From the NCBI RefSeq assembly GCF_009914755.1, contig NC_060943.1: 64,000 nucleotides of DNA. One strand, 5' to 3'. Position 1 is the first letter of the stretch. Each line of letters opens with the position of its first letter. The DNA comes from the human T2T-CHM13v2.0 reference genome, Homo sapiens. This document shows positions 14,506 through 30,859 of the stretch, piece by piece. The notes beneath the pieces were generated by a model. It was not told the origin of the DNA. It was given only the letters and a program-made list of their open reading frames with translations, and searched no databases. The position numbers were made by a program, and so were the translations under genes.

Positions 14506-14973
14506 AATGCTTTTTAATCTTTGCTATTTGGGTAACCAAAAGTTACCAAAGTAACTAATAATTTACATTTATTTGATTTCTGGTGAAGTTTATTGTATAT
14601 GTATCTGTTTATTAATCATGTATTTCCTAGTTAATTACCTATTTCTCTGGGGGGTATTTTTATTTCTTGTTAATTTGTGGAAGATTTCTTTACATGTTGA
14701 AGATATGAATCATTTTGTTATGTTGCAAATTTATATTCCTAAATTGTTTATCTTTTAGTTTTTTTTTGTTAAACATTCAGAGGCTTCTTAATTTTTGTGT
14801 TGTTAGAGCTATTTTTCCTTTGTGTTTTTTGTTTTGCTTGTTTTATGTATGCTTTGGCTTTCATTTTAGGATGAGATAAATATTTTCTTCCTAGTTATTT
14901 TACGGCTTTGTTTTTACATCTAGGATCTGATATTTATTTTGGAATTGGTTGTGAGATAAAGATCTAGCTCCTG

Positions 14974-15274
14974 GGCCAGGCGCAGTGGCTCACGCCTATA
15001 ATCCCAGCACTTTGGGAGGCAGAGGCAGGAGGATCACTTGAGGCCAAGAGGCCAGGAGTTTGACACCAGCCTTGGCAACATAGTGAGACCCCACCTCTAC
15101 AAAAAATAAAAAATCTAGCTGGGTGTGGTGGCGCACACCTGTGGTCTCAGCTACTGGCAAGACTGAGGTGGGAGGATTGCTTGAGCCCTGGAGTTCAAGA
15201 TTATAGTGAGCTGGGATTGCGCCACTGCACTCCAGCCTGGGCAACAGAGTGAGACCTTGTCTCTTAAAAACAAA
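14974..15274 (+). mobile_element. AluJ
   Basis: J diagnostics; short internal duplication gaggccaagaggccag. Confidence 0.92.
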
Positions 15275-15277
15275 TCC

Positions 15278-15615
<338 letters not shown>

Positions 15616-15654
15616 CTACTGACTAAATAATCCGTTCTTTCCCACTAATATGAA

Positions 15655-15833
15655 ACTCAAACTTACTGTGAGCCAGGCCCTGGTCTGTCAAGTTTACCTT
15701 TCTAGTCTCCTGCCGTAACTCAATGAAGCAGATTGATAATATTCCCATTCACAGCAAGAAAACCGAAGCACAAAGAGGTGTCGTTTCTTGCGTGACATTT
15801 CACAGCTTGGATGGGGCAGAGCCTGGCTGGAAA
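15655..15833 (-). mobile_element. MIR
   Basis: cccattcacagcaagaaaaccgaagcacaaagagg. Confidence 0.6.
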
Positions 15834-16337
15834 TATTGCAGATTTATTTAATAACCAGCCCCCTTATTTGTAATATGTTTTCAGCAGTTTTTCCTGCAGT
15901 TTCTTGCCAAATCTCCCTTTTGTCCACCTGTAACAGCCTGCAGCACTTTCCCTATGCTGGAGTTCTATGTTTTAGGCCTGTTCTCTGCCTCTGCCCTGGC
16001 CAAGACTTCTGTGGCAATGTCAGATGCCAGTGGAGGCTGCTGGCAGGCGTGGACGTCTCAGATGTCTGATCCTTCAGGAGCCCCCTCCACGGGGCCCTGG
16101 CTAGGCAGTGACCAGGATGTTTCTGAATCCCCTTAAGTTAATGGTGGCCACTTAGGCAGCGGAAGTGTCATGAAAGACTCTTCTGTCCCCATGGCTGGGC
16201 CAAACCAGGGAAGACGCTGACATCAAGCACAATTGAGAACAAGCAGCAGTAGGCAATGTTCTGGGGCTATTAATTCATCCTGGGGGAAAAAACCTCACAG
16301 TGGATTAAATTGGTTTATGTAAAGTGCTGAGAAGAGC

Positions 16338-16560
16338 CCAGCCTGGGCAACATGATGAAATCTTGTATCTACAAAAAATACAAAAATTGGCTGGGCATGG
16401 TGGCATGCACCTGTGGTCCCAGTTACTCGAGAGGCTGAGGTGGGAGGATCACCTGAGCCTGGGAAGGTCAAGGCTGCAGTGAGCCGTGATTGTGCCACTG
16501 CACTCCAGCCTGGGCAGCAGAGTGAGACCCGGTCTTAAAAAAAAGAAAAAAAAAAAAAGA
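16338..16560 (+). mobile_element. 5'-truncated AluJ inserted in a MIR 3' end
   Basis: Starts at ccagcctgggcaacat; MIR atgtaaagtgct / ggcacatagtaaacactca on either side. Confidence 0.9.
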
Positions 16561-16684
16561 AGAGTGGTTGGCACATAGTAAACACTCACATACATATTAG
16601 TCATTGTTCCTCTGTTTCCAAAGGTAGGAAGAAAGTTCCCAGGAGGTGTGCTTAGAATGTGGGTAGGCAGATACCACTCGGGTA

Positions 16685-17090
16685 TTTCCTGAGCACCTAT
16701 GCCATGGCACACAAGTGCTGGGGCCACAGTTAGGGCTCAGGACAGGCACGGCCCCCACGCTCTTGGAGCTGACATTCTAGAAGGCAGGTGGATCCTAGAT
16801 ACAACAGATACATGACGTAATGTTATGTAGTGAGAAGTGCTAGAGATTGAGGGAGGCTACTGTTTTATTAGAAGTGACCAAGGCAGGCCTCTAAAGAGGT
16901 TGCCTTTGAGTCAAGGCCTGAAAGATAAGGAGCCAGCCGTGGAAGGCACATTCCAGGCAGGACCACAGATGCAAACCCCAAGGCTGGAGCTTCCAGAGCT
17001 TGTTCCCAGCAATTCACAGATGCCACTGTGGCAGGAGGGCAGCGGGGGAGAATGGCAGGAGATGGCATCAGAGAGGGAGCCAGGTGGACC
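16685..17090 (-). mobile_element. L2 fragment
   Basis: tgagcacctat, ggagctgacattctag, cattccaggcagg. Confidence 0.7.
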
Positions 17091-17450
17091 TTAGGTTCTT
17101 TTGGTTGAAAATAACAGAAACCCACCTTAGACCCACCTAAGCCTCAAAGAATTGTGAGATGCCTCCTGAGGCCTAGGACTTGCACTGTCTCCTGGCATCA
17201 GGATCGATAGGCCTGAGGCCTAGGCGATTTTCTGTCTCCATCTCCCATCTCTGTCTCTTCTTTATCTCTGCTTTCTTCTCTCTTTGGGTTTCTCCAGGCA
17301 TTTGGCCACCTCATTGCTCCTTCTTTTATGGGATTTCCAGGTCGCAACCACAGATGGTCACCTCTCATCCAGTGAGCTATGGCTGGAGAATAAGCATGGC
17401 CATCCCACCCGTGCCTGTGTACATGCACAGTTTTCATTCAAAGGGGACTA
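17090..17450 (-). mobile_element. Old MaLR LTR (MLT1K/L-like)
   Basis: ttaggttcttttggttgaaaataacagaaaccc start motif. Confidence 0.5.
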
Positions 17451-17453
17451 TAA

Positions 17454-18395
<942 letters not shown>

Positions 18396-18579
18396 GATGT
18401 CATCCTTACTTTTCCTTCCTGAGGCCGGATGGTGCTCTACAGTTCAAGATAGGACTTGGGAATAAAGAGCGTAGGATTGATCTCAGCTCTGTGACCTTGC
18501 CCAAGTGAGTAACAGCTTTGGTTTCTTCATCTGCGTAGTAAGGACAAGAAAGAGCTTACAGGGCTTGATCATTGGATGT

Positions 18580-18850
18580 ACGTTTGTCGTCTGAGATTTG
18601 GGGCGACTGGAAATTCAAGAGATCCCAAGTTCCCTGCTCAGTGCAGCCCCAGCTCCTGATCACACTTGAACGCGAGCTGATGGCGGGCTTGGTTCTAGGG
18701 CCTGCCTCGCCTCTGTCATGAAGGCTGCGCGGGGCCCTTCTGTGCCGAGACTGGCGCTTGCTCCCCACAAGCCCGTCTGCTGCTCCCTCCGCTGCGAGCC
18801 CTCCCAGGTCTGATCCGCCTGTCCCCAGTACCCCGGCATGCGGCACTTTT
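18580..18850. promoter_or_regulatory. Small orphan CpG cluster, candidate regulatory element
   Basis: About 17 CpGs by eye in ~270 bp of unique GC-rich sequence. Confidence 0.35.
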
Positions 18851-19551
18851 CCTTCTTCTCTTGTGAAAGGCAGATCTGGAAGAAGCTTCTGGGGAAATGC
18901 TGTGTTTGTGTCTGGTTATATCTATTCCCCAGACGGTGATTCTTAAACCTGGCTGTGGGTTGGCATCACCTGGGGAATCTTGGTAACAGTTGGGATTCTC
19001 TGGCTTCACTCCTGGAGCATCTGCTCCCGCAGGTGGAGAGGAAGATCATCTGCTGGTTTGGCCGCCCTACAACCATTCACCATTCTTTTGGGGTTTTCCT
19101 GTTGGGAACTGCTCTTCCTCCATCCCGTCCGTTCACTTACTGAGACCGCTGTGTGCAATTTATTATTTACCCCAGGCACTGGGGATATGGCAGGGAATCT
19201 GGAATATGCCCTTGAAACTGGAATTGTGTCTGTCCGTTAGATCACAGTACCGTAAGGCTGTCACTTTCTGATTTTTATAATTGTACTGTGATCCAGAGAT
19301 TCTTCTTAGGAAATACCCACATCTTGAGGGGTTACAAACAAGAGCAAATTAACTGGAAAAGGGAAGCAAACCAGTGTTGGCTGAACAAACATGAAAATGA
19401 CTACAATGTTTATCTTCAGTTTTGGGAGAATTGTCATGAAGACTCAACCACAGTGTCATCCTTTGTACAGAATAGGATTCTAATCAGGAGACCAGTGCTC
19501 ATGTGCACAGCTTTGAGTGTGAAGATCTAAAAATTTTAGTTGGTAGGATGA

Positions 19552-19604
19552 TTACAGATTATTTTCATCTTCCTCTTTACAGATTATTTTCATCTTCCTC
19601 TTTA
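19552..19604. repeat. Perfect 25-bp tandem duplication
   Basis: ttacagattattttcatcttcctct at 19552-19576 and 19577-19601. Confidence 0.95.
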
Positions 19605-19686
19605 AACTTTTGTATATTTTTCACATTTTCTAGAAGGAAGTTTTAGAAACAGAAGTGGGAAAAAAAACAACTTAAAAAAAGCCCCG

Positions 19687-20409
<723 letters not shown>

Positions 20410-20457
20410 GTAATTTTAGTGGACCCTAGAATCTATATTTAAATTTAAAAAATTCTC

Positions 20458-20820
<363 letters not shown>

Positions 20821-20834
20821 CTAGACTTTCCTGA

Positions 20835-21000
20835 GTGGCGGTTCTTAGCTTTATGTGATCAACAGACTGGCCTGGGGAACTTGTTAAAATACAGCAGCTC
20901 TGTTCCACATTGCTGGAGATTCTGGTTTGGGGCCTGAGGCCTGGGTATCTGCATTTTGAACACCATCCTGGGTGATTGCATACACATCAGAGTGTGTGTA
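20835..21000. mobile_element. MER5A-like hAT DNA transposon
   Basis: cctggggaacttgttaaaatacag...tctgcattttgaaca...gggtgatt. Confidence 0.65.
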
Positions 21001-21016
21001 TGCACAGAGGATTCTT

Positions 21017-21216
21017 GGCCGGGCACGGTGGCTCACGCCTGTAATCCCAGCACTTTGGGAGGCCGAGGTGGGTGGATTACAAGGTCGGGAGATCCTGGCT
21101 AACATGGTGAAACTCCGTCTGTACTAAAAATACAAAAACAATTAGCCAGGCGTGGTGGCGGAGGCCTGTAGTCCCAGCTACTCAGGAGGCTGAGGCAGGA
21201 GAATGGCGTGAACCCG
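21017..21216 (+). mobile_element. AluY, 3'-truncated
   Basis: ggagaatggcgtgaacccg diagnostic; stops abruptly with no tail. Confidence 0.9.
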
Positions 21217-22871
21217 CATTCTCAGCTTACAATCCTATCCATAGAGGGGGCCCAGGATCCTTCTCAAATGAATGAAAGTAGAGTTTAAGTCTGCAGTTTT
21301 TTTCCTCTTTGGAAAAAAACATTCCTTTCCTGCCCATGACCCAGCCTTGCACACTGGCCGCTAAACCTGGCGTATCGCATCATGTTTCAGGAGGAATTTG
21401 GTCAGATCTGTGCACTTTATTAGGATAATGGTTGACCCAGTGTGTACCTCCCCAGGTAACTTTGGAAAGAGCTGGATAGAGTTCATGACCAATTCGGAAC
21501 AAAGTCTGCTCTTAGGAGGAATTTTGCTAATAGTGGGAAATATTCAAGAGGGTAATCACTGACTTAGTTCAAGGTAATTTAAGGTGAATGCATTCCTCAT
21601 GTGTGTGTATGTGTATGTGTGTGCATGCGTGCCAAACTTACTTGAGGTGAAGGAGGGGCGAAAGCCCTTTTACTCGAATGAAAGGAAATCTTTTGAATTG
21701 ACCTATCGGTTCAGAAAATCCCTTTTCAAATCTTCCCTTGAGCAGCTTTGCTTTTGAGGCCCCTGAAAGCTGGGAAAGAAGGGGCTGTGAGGCCTGACTG
21801 ACTCCTCGCTGCTGGCTGTACCCCCAGGCACGTGTGATTTTGCCATTGTCTGAAATCTTGCTTTCCCCAGAATTTGTGCCCCATGCTGAGTTCCTACAGC
21901 TCAGCCACCAGGAATTAGGGCATGGGTTAGCCAGGATTATTCAAATTTAATCTGATCATCGTTAAACATTTTTGCTTGCATCCTCCCCAAAAGAATTTTG
22001 ATAAGCCCCTGTATACCTCCTTGTACACTGTAAAGCTAACATCTAAAATAAGCTTATGGTAACTTTAAATTTGTCTTATTTGTGGGAGAAGAAAATAGTA
22101 CACATTTTGAAGGTCGAATGTGATTGAAATATTTTATGATGTGGTTAGATAAAAAAAAGTTTTTACTACCTTATTGAGTAAAGTACACAGAAGCTGAAAG
22201 CAATCATGTAAATTTTTCCCTGGGAATTTTTTCTTGGTGGATCTAGAAAAATTCAGTGGTCCTGAAAAATGTTCCCTTTGAACAAATCAGAGCCACTAAC
22301 CTATACTGCTTTGACATTCATGATCCTACTATGGTTCAGAAAATCCTATTTTTAAAGCCCAGTTTCATGTTTGGCAGAAAGATACTTAAGTCAGGGAAAG
22401 ACAGGCAAGTCTAGGGGTTTAAGTAGCTTTTTATTGTTCACTAAAGGCTACTTCCCCGAAACCAATATTGATGTTGTGTGTTTGGAGTCCTGGAGGTTTA
22501 CACACCTCTCGGTCGTGCTCCTTGGGAAAATGGGGGAGTGCACAACAGCGGGTGGGCAATGGGGAAGGAGACAGGCTGGTTTGCAGCCAGATCAGTTTTA
22601 GGAAGAGGAACTTGTGGATGTTGAGGATCTGAACATTGCTTCCCTTGAAAACACTGTTTTCAAGATACTCCTGTATCTGTTAAGTTTCCGTAAACCCCTA
22701 GTGATAAGCACATCCAAGCGTGAAGCCTCTCGGCTTTAAGAACCAGGCGGTTTCTTATGGAGTGGGAAGTCCAGAGGTGATTAGGTTACAGAAGTTGTCA
22801 CCACCACCGCCTGTATGTGTGTATATATACACACGTGCCATAAAAGTCACCCATTCAGAATATGCAATTCA

Positions 22872-23176
<305 letters not shown>

Positions 23177-23473
23177 GGCCAGGCATGGTGGCTCACGCCT
23201 GTAATCCTAGCACTTTGGCAGGCCGAGGTGGGTAGATCACCTGAGGTCGAGAGTTTGAGACCAGCCTGACCAACATGGAGAAACCCCGTCTCTACTAAAA
23301 ATACAAAATTAGCCAGGTGTGTTGGCACATGCCTGTAATCCCCGCTACTCAGGAGGCTGAGGCAGGAGAATCGCTTGAACCTAGGAGGCGGAGGTTGCCG
23401 TGAGCCAAGATCGCACCATTGCATTCCAGCCTGGGCAACAAGAGCAAAACTCTGTCTCAAAAAAAAAAAAAAA
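23177..23473 (+). mobile_element. AluSp
   Basis: agcctgaccaacatggagaaaccccg diagnostic. Confidence 0.95.
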
Positions 23474-24057
23474 GAGTATGCAATTCAGCTGTTTTTGGTA
23501 AATTTGTGAAGCTGCATAACTATCACCACAATCCAGTTTTAGAATATTACCACCACCCCAAAAGATATCCATCTTGTACCTCTTTGCAGGCAGTCCTTGC
23601 TTCCACGCCTAGGCCCAGGCTACCACTAACCTGCTCTTTGTCTCTGTAGATTTGCGTTTCCTGAACATTTCAAATACATGCAGTCATACAGTATGTAGTC
23701 TTTTCTGTACCAGGCTTCCGTCACTTAGCATAATGTTTCTGCGCTTCCTCCAGGTGATAGCTCATATCAGTCGTTCATTTGTTCTTATTGCTGAATAATA
23801 TTCTATTGTATGGGTAAACCACATTTTGTTTATTCGTTAACCATGAATGGATAATTTCATTACCATTATTCGTTAATGGATACTTGGATTGTTTCCAGTT
23901 TGGGCTAGTATGAGTAGTGCTGTTATAGACATTTATGTTCAGGTCTTTGTGTGGACATGTTTTCATTTCTGCTCAGGAGTGGAATTACTGGGTCATTTGG
24001 TAACTCTGTTTAAGTTTTTAAGAAACTGCCAGATTGTTTTCCAAAGTGGCTGCACCA

Positions 24058-24220
24058 TTTTCATAGATAGGGTCTCATGATGTTGTCCAGGCTGGAGTAC
24101 AATGGCTATTCACAGGCGTGATCATGGCGCACTACAGTATCAAACTCCTGGGCTCAAGCTGTTTTCCCGCTTCAGCCTCCTGAATAGTTGGGACCACAGG
24201 TGCGTGCCACCGCCCCTGGC
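24058..24220 (-). mobile_element. FAM (fossil Alu monomer)
   Basis: ggctattcacaggcgtgatcatggcgcactacag, the 7SL-retained segment characteristic of FAM. Confidence 0.85.
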
Positions 24221-24554
24221 TGGGGTCCAGTATTTCTTTATCCTCACCAACGCTTATTGTTACAGCCATCCTGGTGGGTGTGCAGTGGTATCTCATTGTA
24301 GTTGTGATTTGCATGTCTCTGATGACTAATGCTGTTGATCATCTTTTTATGTGCTTATTGGCCATTCGTGTATCTTCTTTGGTGAAATATGTATTTGTAT
24401 TGTTTGCCTATTTCTTAATCTTGTTATTTCATTGAGTTGTAAGAGTTCTTGATATGTTCTGGATAACACTCATCAGATATGTAGTTTGCAAATATTTTTT
24501 CCCAGAAAATATTTTTATTTTTTTAGTCATGCCTTTGGAAGTATAAAAGTTTTG

Positions 24555-24927
<373 letters not shown>

Positions 24928-25607
24928 TAAGAACTCTTTGACCCAGTATCATGAAGTTCTTCTTTCATGTTTTCTCCTAGAAGTTGCATACTTTTAACTC
25001 TTGCCTTTGAATCTATCATTAATTTTGATATCATTTTTGTGTATTACATAAGGGGCCTAAATTTATCTTTTTGCGTATTAATATCCAATTATCCCAGCTC
25101 CATTTGTTGAAAAAAAGACCATTTTCCTCCACTGAATTAGGTAGCACTATGGTAAAAGTCATTTGATTATTAATATAAGGGTTTGTTTCTTCTGATCTAT
25201 TGGTTTAAATGTCTATCCTACTGCTAGTGCCACAGTCTTCATTACTGTAGCTTTAAAGTTACTTTAGAAATCGGGAAGTGTTAAGTCCTCACCTTGTTTT
25301 GTTTTCCAAAATTGTTTTGGCTTGTGTGGGTCCTTTGCATACTGACAAGTTTTCAGATCACCTTGTCAATATCTGCACAAAAGCCTGCTGGGATTTGATA
25401 GACTGTGTGTTGACTCTACATGTCAATATGGTGAGAATTGCCATATTAATGTTTAGTCTTCCAGTTTGTGTACAAAGAATGCTTCTCTGTTTATTTAGAT
25501 TGTCTTTAATTTCTTTCAGCTTTTCAGTGCTTGTAGCTTTCAGTGTACAAGTCTACACTTACGTTAAATTTATTCTTATGTATTTTTTTTATGCTATTGT
25601 GAATGGA

Positions 25608-26081
25608 ATTTTTTTTTCTTTTTTTTCTTTTTTCTTTTCTTTTGAGACAGGATCTCACTGTTACCCAGTCTGGAGTGCAGTGGCACAATCATGGCCTTTT
25701 GGGCTCAAGCAGCCCTCCCATCTCAACCTCCTGCATAGCTAGGACTATAGGCACATGTCACCATGCCCAGCTAATTTTTAATTTAATTTAATTTATTTTT
25801 TGAGACAGAGTCTTCTGTTGCCCAGGCTGGTGTACAGTGGCATAATCACAGCTCACTGCAGCCTCGACTTCTGAGCTCAAGTGATCCTCTCACCTTAGCT
25901 TCTGGAGTAGCTGTGACTATAGGCATGCATCACCATGCCTGGCTAATTTTTTTTTTATTTTTGTGGAGGCAGGGTTTTGCCGTGTTGCCCAGGCTGGTCT
26001 TGAACTCCCAGGCCCAAACAGTCCTCCTGCCTCAGCCTCCAAAAGTGCTGGAATTACAGGCATGAGCCACCATATCTGGCC
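25608..26081 (-). mobile_element. AluJ right arm plus full AluJ in tandem
   Basis: Partial 25608-25790; full 25790-26081. Confidence 0.9.
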
Positions 26082-26219
26082 TAAAAAGTATCTTATTTAG
26101 TGGAGATATTTGGAGATAGGATGCCACACTTTGTATGATTTCAGTCCTTTAAAGTTTTTTTTACCTTTTCTTTTGAAATAATTTCAGTCTCACAAGAAGT
26201 TGCAAAAATACTACAAATA

Positions 26220-26510
26220 GGCTGGGCATGGTGGCTCATGCCTGCAATCCCAGCCCTTTGGGAGGCCAGGGTAGTTGGATTGCTTCAGCCCAGGAGTTTG
26301 AGACCAGCCCAGGCAACATGGCAAAACCCTGCTCTATAAAAAATTAGCTGGGCATGGTGGTGTGCACCTGTAATTTGAGCTACCAGGGAGGCTGAGGTGG
26401 GAGGATCACCTGAGCCCAGAGGGATCAAGGCTGCAGTGAGCCATGATTGTGCCACCACACTCCAGCCTGGGCAACCGAGTGAGTCCCTGTCTGAAAACAA
26501 AAAACAAAAA
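26220..26510 (+). mobile_element. AluJ
   Basis: Full dimer; TSD actacaaat. Confidence 0.93.
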
Positions 26511-26521
26511 CTACAAATGTT

Positions 26522-27710
26522 TATCTACATGTGAAAGAATGAAGTTGGACCCTTACCTCACACCATATACAAAAATTAACTCAAAGTAGATCATAGACCT
26601 AAATGTAAGAGTTAAAATTATAAAATTCTTAGAAGAAAACATAAGATTATATATTTGTGACCTTGAGTTAGGCAATGGTTTCTTAGGTGAGAACAAAAGC
26701 TCAAACAACAGAAGAAAGAACAAAAGCACAAACAACAGAAGAAAAAAATAGACACATTGGACTTCATGAAAATTTAAAACTTTTGTGATGCAAAGGATGC
26801 CATCAAGAACATAAAAAGACAAACCGTAGAATGGGAGAAGATAATTGCAAATCATGTCTATAAAGGACTTATGTGCTGAATATACAAAGAACTCTCACAA
26901 CTTGACAATATAAAAACAACCCAATATAGAACATGGGCAAAGGATTTGAATGGCTCTTTCTCCAAAACATCCAAATGGCCTATAAGCACATGAAAATGGC
27001 TCAATATAATTATCATTAGGGTAATGCTAATCAAAACCACAAGATTCTATTTCACACCAACTAGGATGGCTAGAGCCAAAATGATGGGCAATAACAAGTG
27101 TTGGCCAGGATGTGGAGAAATTGGAACCCTCATACATGGCTGGTGGGATTGTAAAATGGTGTAGCCATTTTGGAAAACAATTTGGCAGTTACTCAAAAAA
27201 ATATATACATAGAGTTACCATATGATCCAGCAATTCCACTCCTAGGTATATACTCAAATACTAATATATGTTCACATAATTACTTGTGCATACATGTTCA
27301 GAGTAGCGTTATTCGTAACCCCAGAAGTGAAAATGACCCGATGTCCATCAACTGATAATTGGCTAAACAGAATGCGATATAGACCCACAATGGTATATTA
27401 CTCTGTCATAGAAAGGAATGAAGTACTGATACAGACTACAACATGGATGAACCCTGAAACACACATGAATGAAAGAAACCAGACCCAAAAGAGCACATCT
27501 TGCTTCATCCCATTTATATGAAATGTTCAGAGTAAGCAAATCTACAGAGACAGAAAATAGATTAGTGTTTGCTGAGGGCTGGGGATGCTGTGAACAGGAA
27601 ATGGAAAGTGATTGCTAGGAGTACAGAGTTTATTTTGGAGATGATAAAAATTTTCTAAGCTCAGGTTGTGGTGATGGTGAATTACACACTTTTAAAGGGT
27701 AAATTTCATT
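26522..27710 (+). mobile_element. L1MB-type 3' portion (ORF2 end + 3'UTR), sense
   Basis: ggacccttacctcacaccatatacaaaaattaactcaaa; gagttaccatatgatccagcaattccactcctagg. Confidence 0.9.
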
Positions 27711-28334
27711 CATTGACGTTTGATGTGATTGTTGGTGTGTTTGGATTAACATCTGTCATTTTTGCTGTTTTCTGTATGCCTCACATCTTTTTTCCTCCTT
27801 TTATTCTCCCTTTATTGCCGTCTTTCTGATAAGCAGATATTTTCTAGTGTTTCATTTTTATTTTGTTGGGTTTTAAAAAACTTTCTTTTTTTTTTTTTTT
27901 TAATTGGGTCTCTAGGGATCACAGCATGCGTCTAAATTTATCACAGCCTACTTCAGATTAATATTAAAACTTAGTTCTAGTTAAATATAGAAATTTTGCT
28001 CTAATATAGTTTCATTTTCTTTTCCCTCTTTTGTGTTATTATTGTCACATGTTACAAGCCCCACAGTATGGTTTTATAATTATTTTATGAAATCTTACAT
28101 CTTTTAAATCAGTCGAGAAGAAAAGAAAAAATGTATTTATGCCATCTTTTATATTTGCCCATGTATTTACCTTTTCTCATGTTTTTTCTTTCTTATTGTA
28201 AATTGGAGTTATATGGCCTCTTTTCCTTTCAGCCTAAAGGATTTATGTAATATTTCTTACAGATCAAATCTTCTAGCAGTGAATTCTCTCAGTCTTTGTC
28301 TGGGAATGCCTTTATTTTGCCTTGATTGATTGAT

Positions 28335-29236
<902 letters not shown>

Positions 29237-29237
29237 C

Positions 29238-29383
29238 TTTTTTTTTTTTTTAATTTAAAATTTTTCTTTAGTGATGGGGATCTCGCTGTGTTGCCCAGGC
29301 TGGTCTCAAACTCCTGGCCTCAAGTTATCTTCGTACCTGGGCTTCTCAAAGTGCTGGGATTACAGGCATGAGTTACTGTGCCC
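29238..29383 (-). mobile_element. FLAM/AluJ left monomer
   Basis: Left-arm-only sequence. Confidence 0.85.
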
Positions 29384-30148
29384 TTCTCCACCTTGATTTT
29401 TGAAGGATAGTTTTGCTGGCTATAGAATTCTTATTTGACAGTTTTTTTTTCTTCAGCATTTTGAAAATGCTATCCTGATGTCTTCTGGCCTCCATTGTTT
29501 GTGGTGGGAAATGAGCTGTCATTTGTACTGATGCTCCCTGTGTGTAGACTTTTTCTTTTCCTACTTTGAAGCTTTTCTCCTTGTCTTTGTCTTTCAACAA
29601 TTTGACTATGTTTAAAAACAAAACAACACGAAAACCAATTTGACTACGTTGTGTCCAGTGTGGCTCTCTTTCTATTTATTGTATATGGAGTTTCTTGGCC
29701 TTCTTGGATGTGTAAACTAATGTGTTCCATCAGATTTGGGATGTTTTGGGCTATTACTTGTTCAGATTTTTTTTTCTGGCACTTTCTCTCTCCTCTCATA
29801 GGACTCCCATTATGTCTGTCTTGATGCCTTTGATGATGTCCCTCATGTCTCTGAAGGCCTGTTTATTCGTATTCAGTCTTTCTTACAGATTATTTAAATT
29901 CTGTACAGATTATATACTTTTTTTGATCTATCTTTAAGCCCACTGGTTCTTTTCAAATCTGCCGTTGAGCCCCTCTAGTGAATTTTTTATTTCAGTTATC
30001 AGAATTTCCATTGCTTTTTTTCTAATTTCTATTTATTATTTCTACTTTCCTTTAATTCTTTAAATGTTATTTTATTTATCTTTGAACATACTTATAATAG
30101 CTGTTTGAAATGTAACTTGTAAGCCGTCTAGAAGGCAATTTCTATTAA

Positions 30149-30531
<383 letters not shown>

Positions 30532-30859
30532 TTTTTTTTTTTTTTTTTTTTTTTGAGATAGGGTTCCACTCTGTTGCCCAGGCCAGAGTGCAGTGGCAGG
30601 ATCATGGCTCTTCTCAGCCTTGACTTCCTGGGCTCAAATGATTCTCTTGCCTCAGCCTCCTGAGTTGCTGGGACTATAGGCATGCAACACCATGCCCAGC
30701 TTTGTGTGTTTGGCGAGGGTGTGCACACACATGCATACGTGTAGGGATGGGGTCTTCCTATCTTGTCCAGGCTGGTCTCAAACTCCTGGGCTCAAGCGAT
30801 CCTCCTGCCTTGGCTTTCCAGAGTGTTGGGATTACAAGCGTGAGCCACCTCACCCAGCC
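30532..30859 (-). mobile_element. AluJ with replaced central linker
   Basis: Both arms present; linker is TG/CA-rich. Confidence 0.9.

Noticed and set aside
15788-16069. 93-aa Cys-rich ORF
   Set aside because: Starts inside a MIR. No promoter, splice or homology support is visible.
21391-21455. Possible 65-nt cassette exon (tttcag|...cccag|gtaact)
   Set aside because: Weak pyrimidine tract; such site pairs are common by chance.
24058-24220. 7SL RNA gene or pseudogene
   Set aside because: Lacks the S domain; fits FAM.
29373-29621. L1 ORF1p-like peptide
   Set aside because: Short frameshifted remnant of the ancient L1; not a functional CDS.
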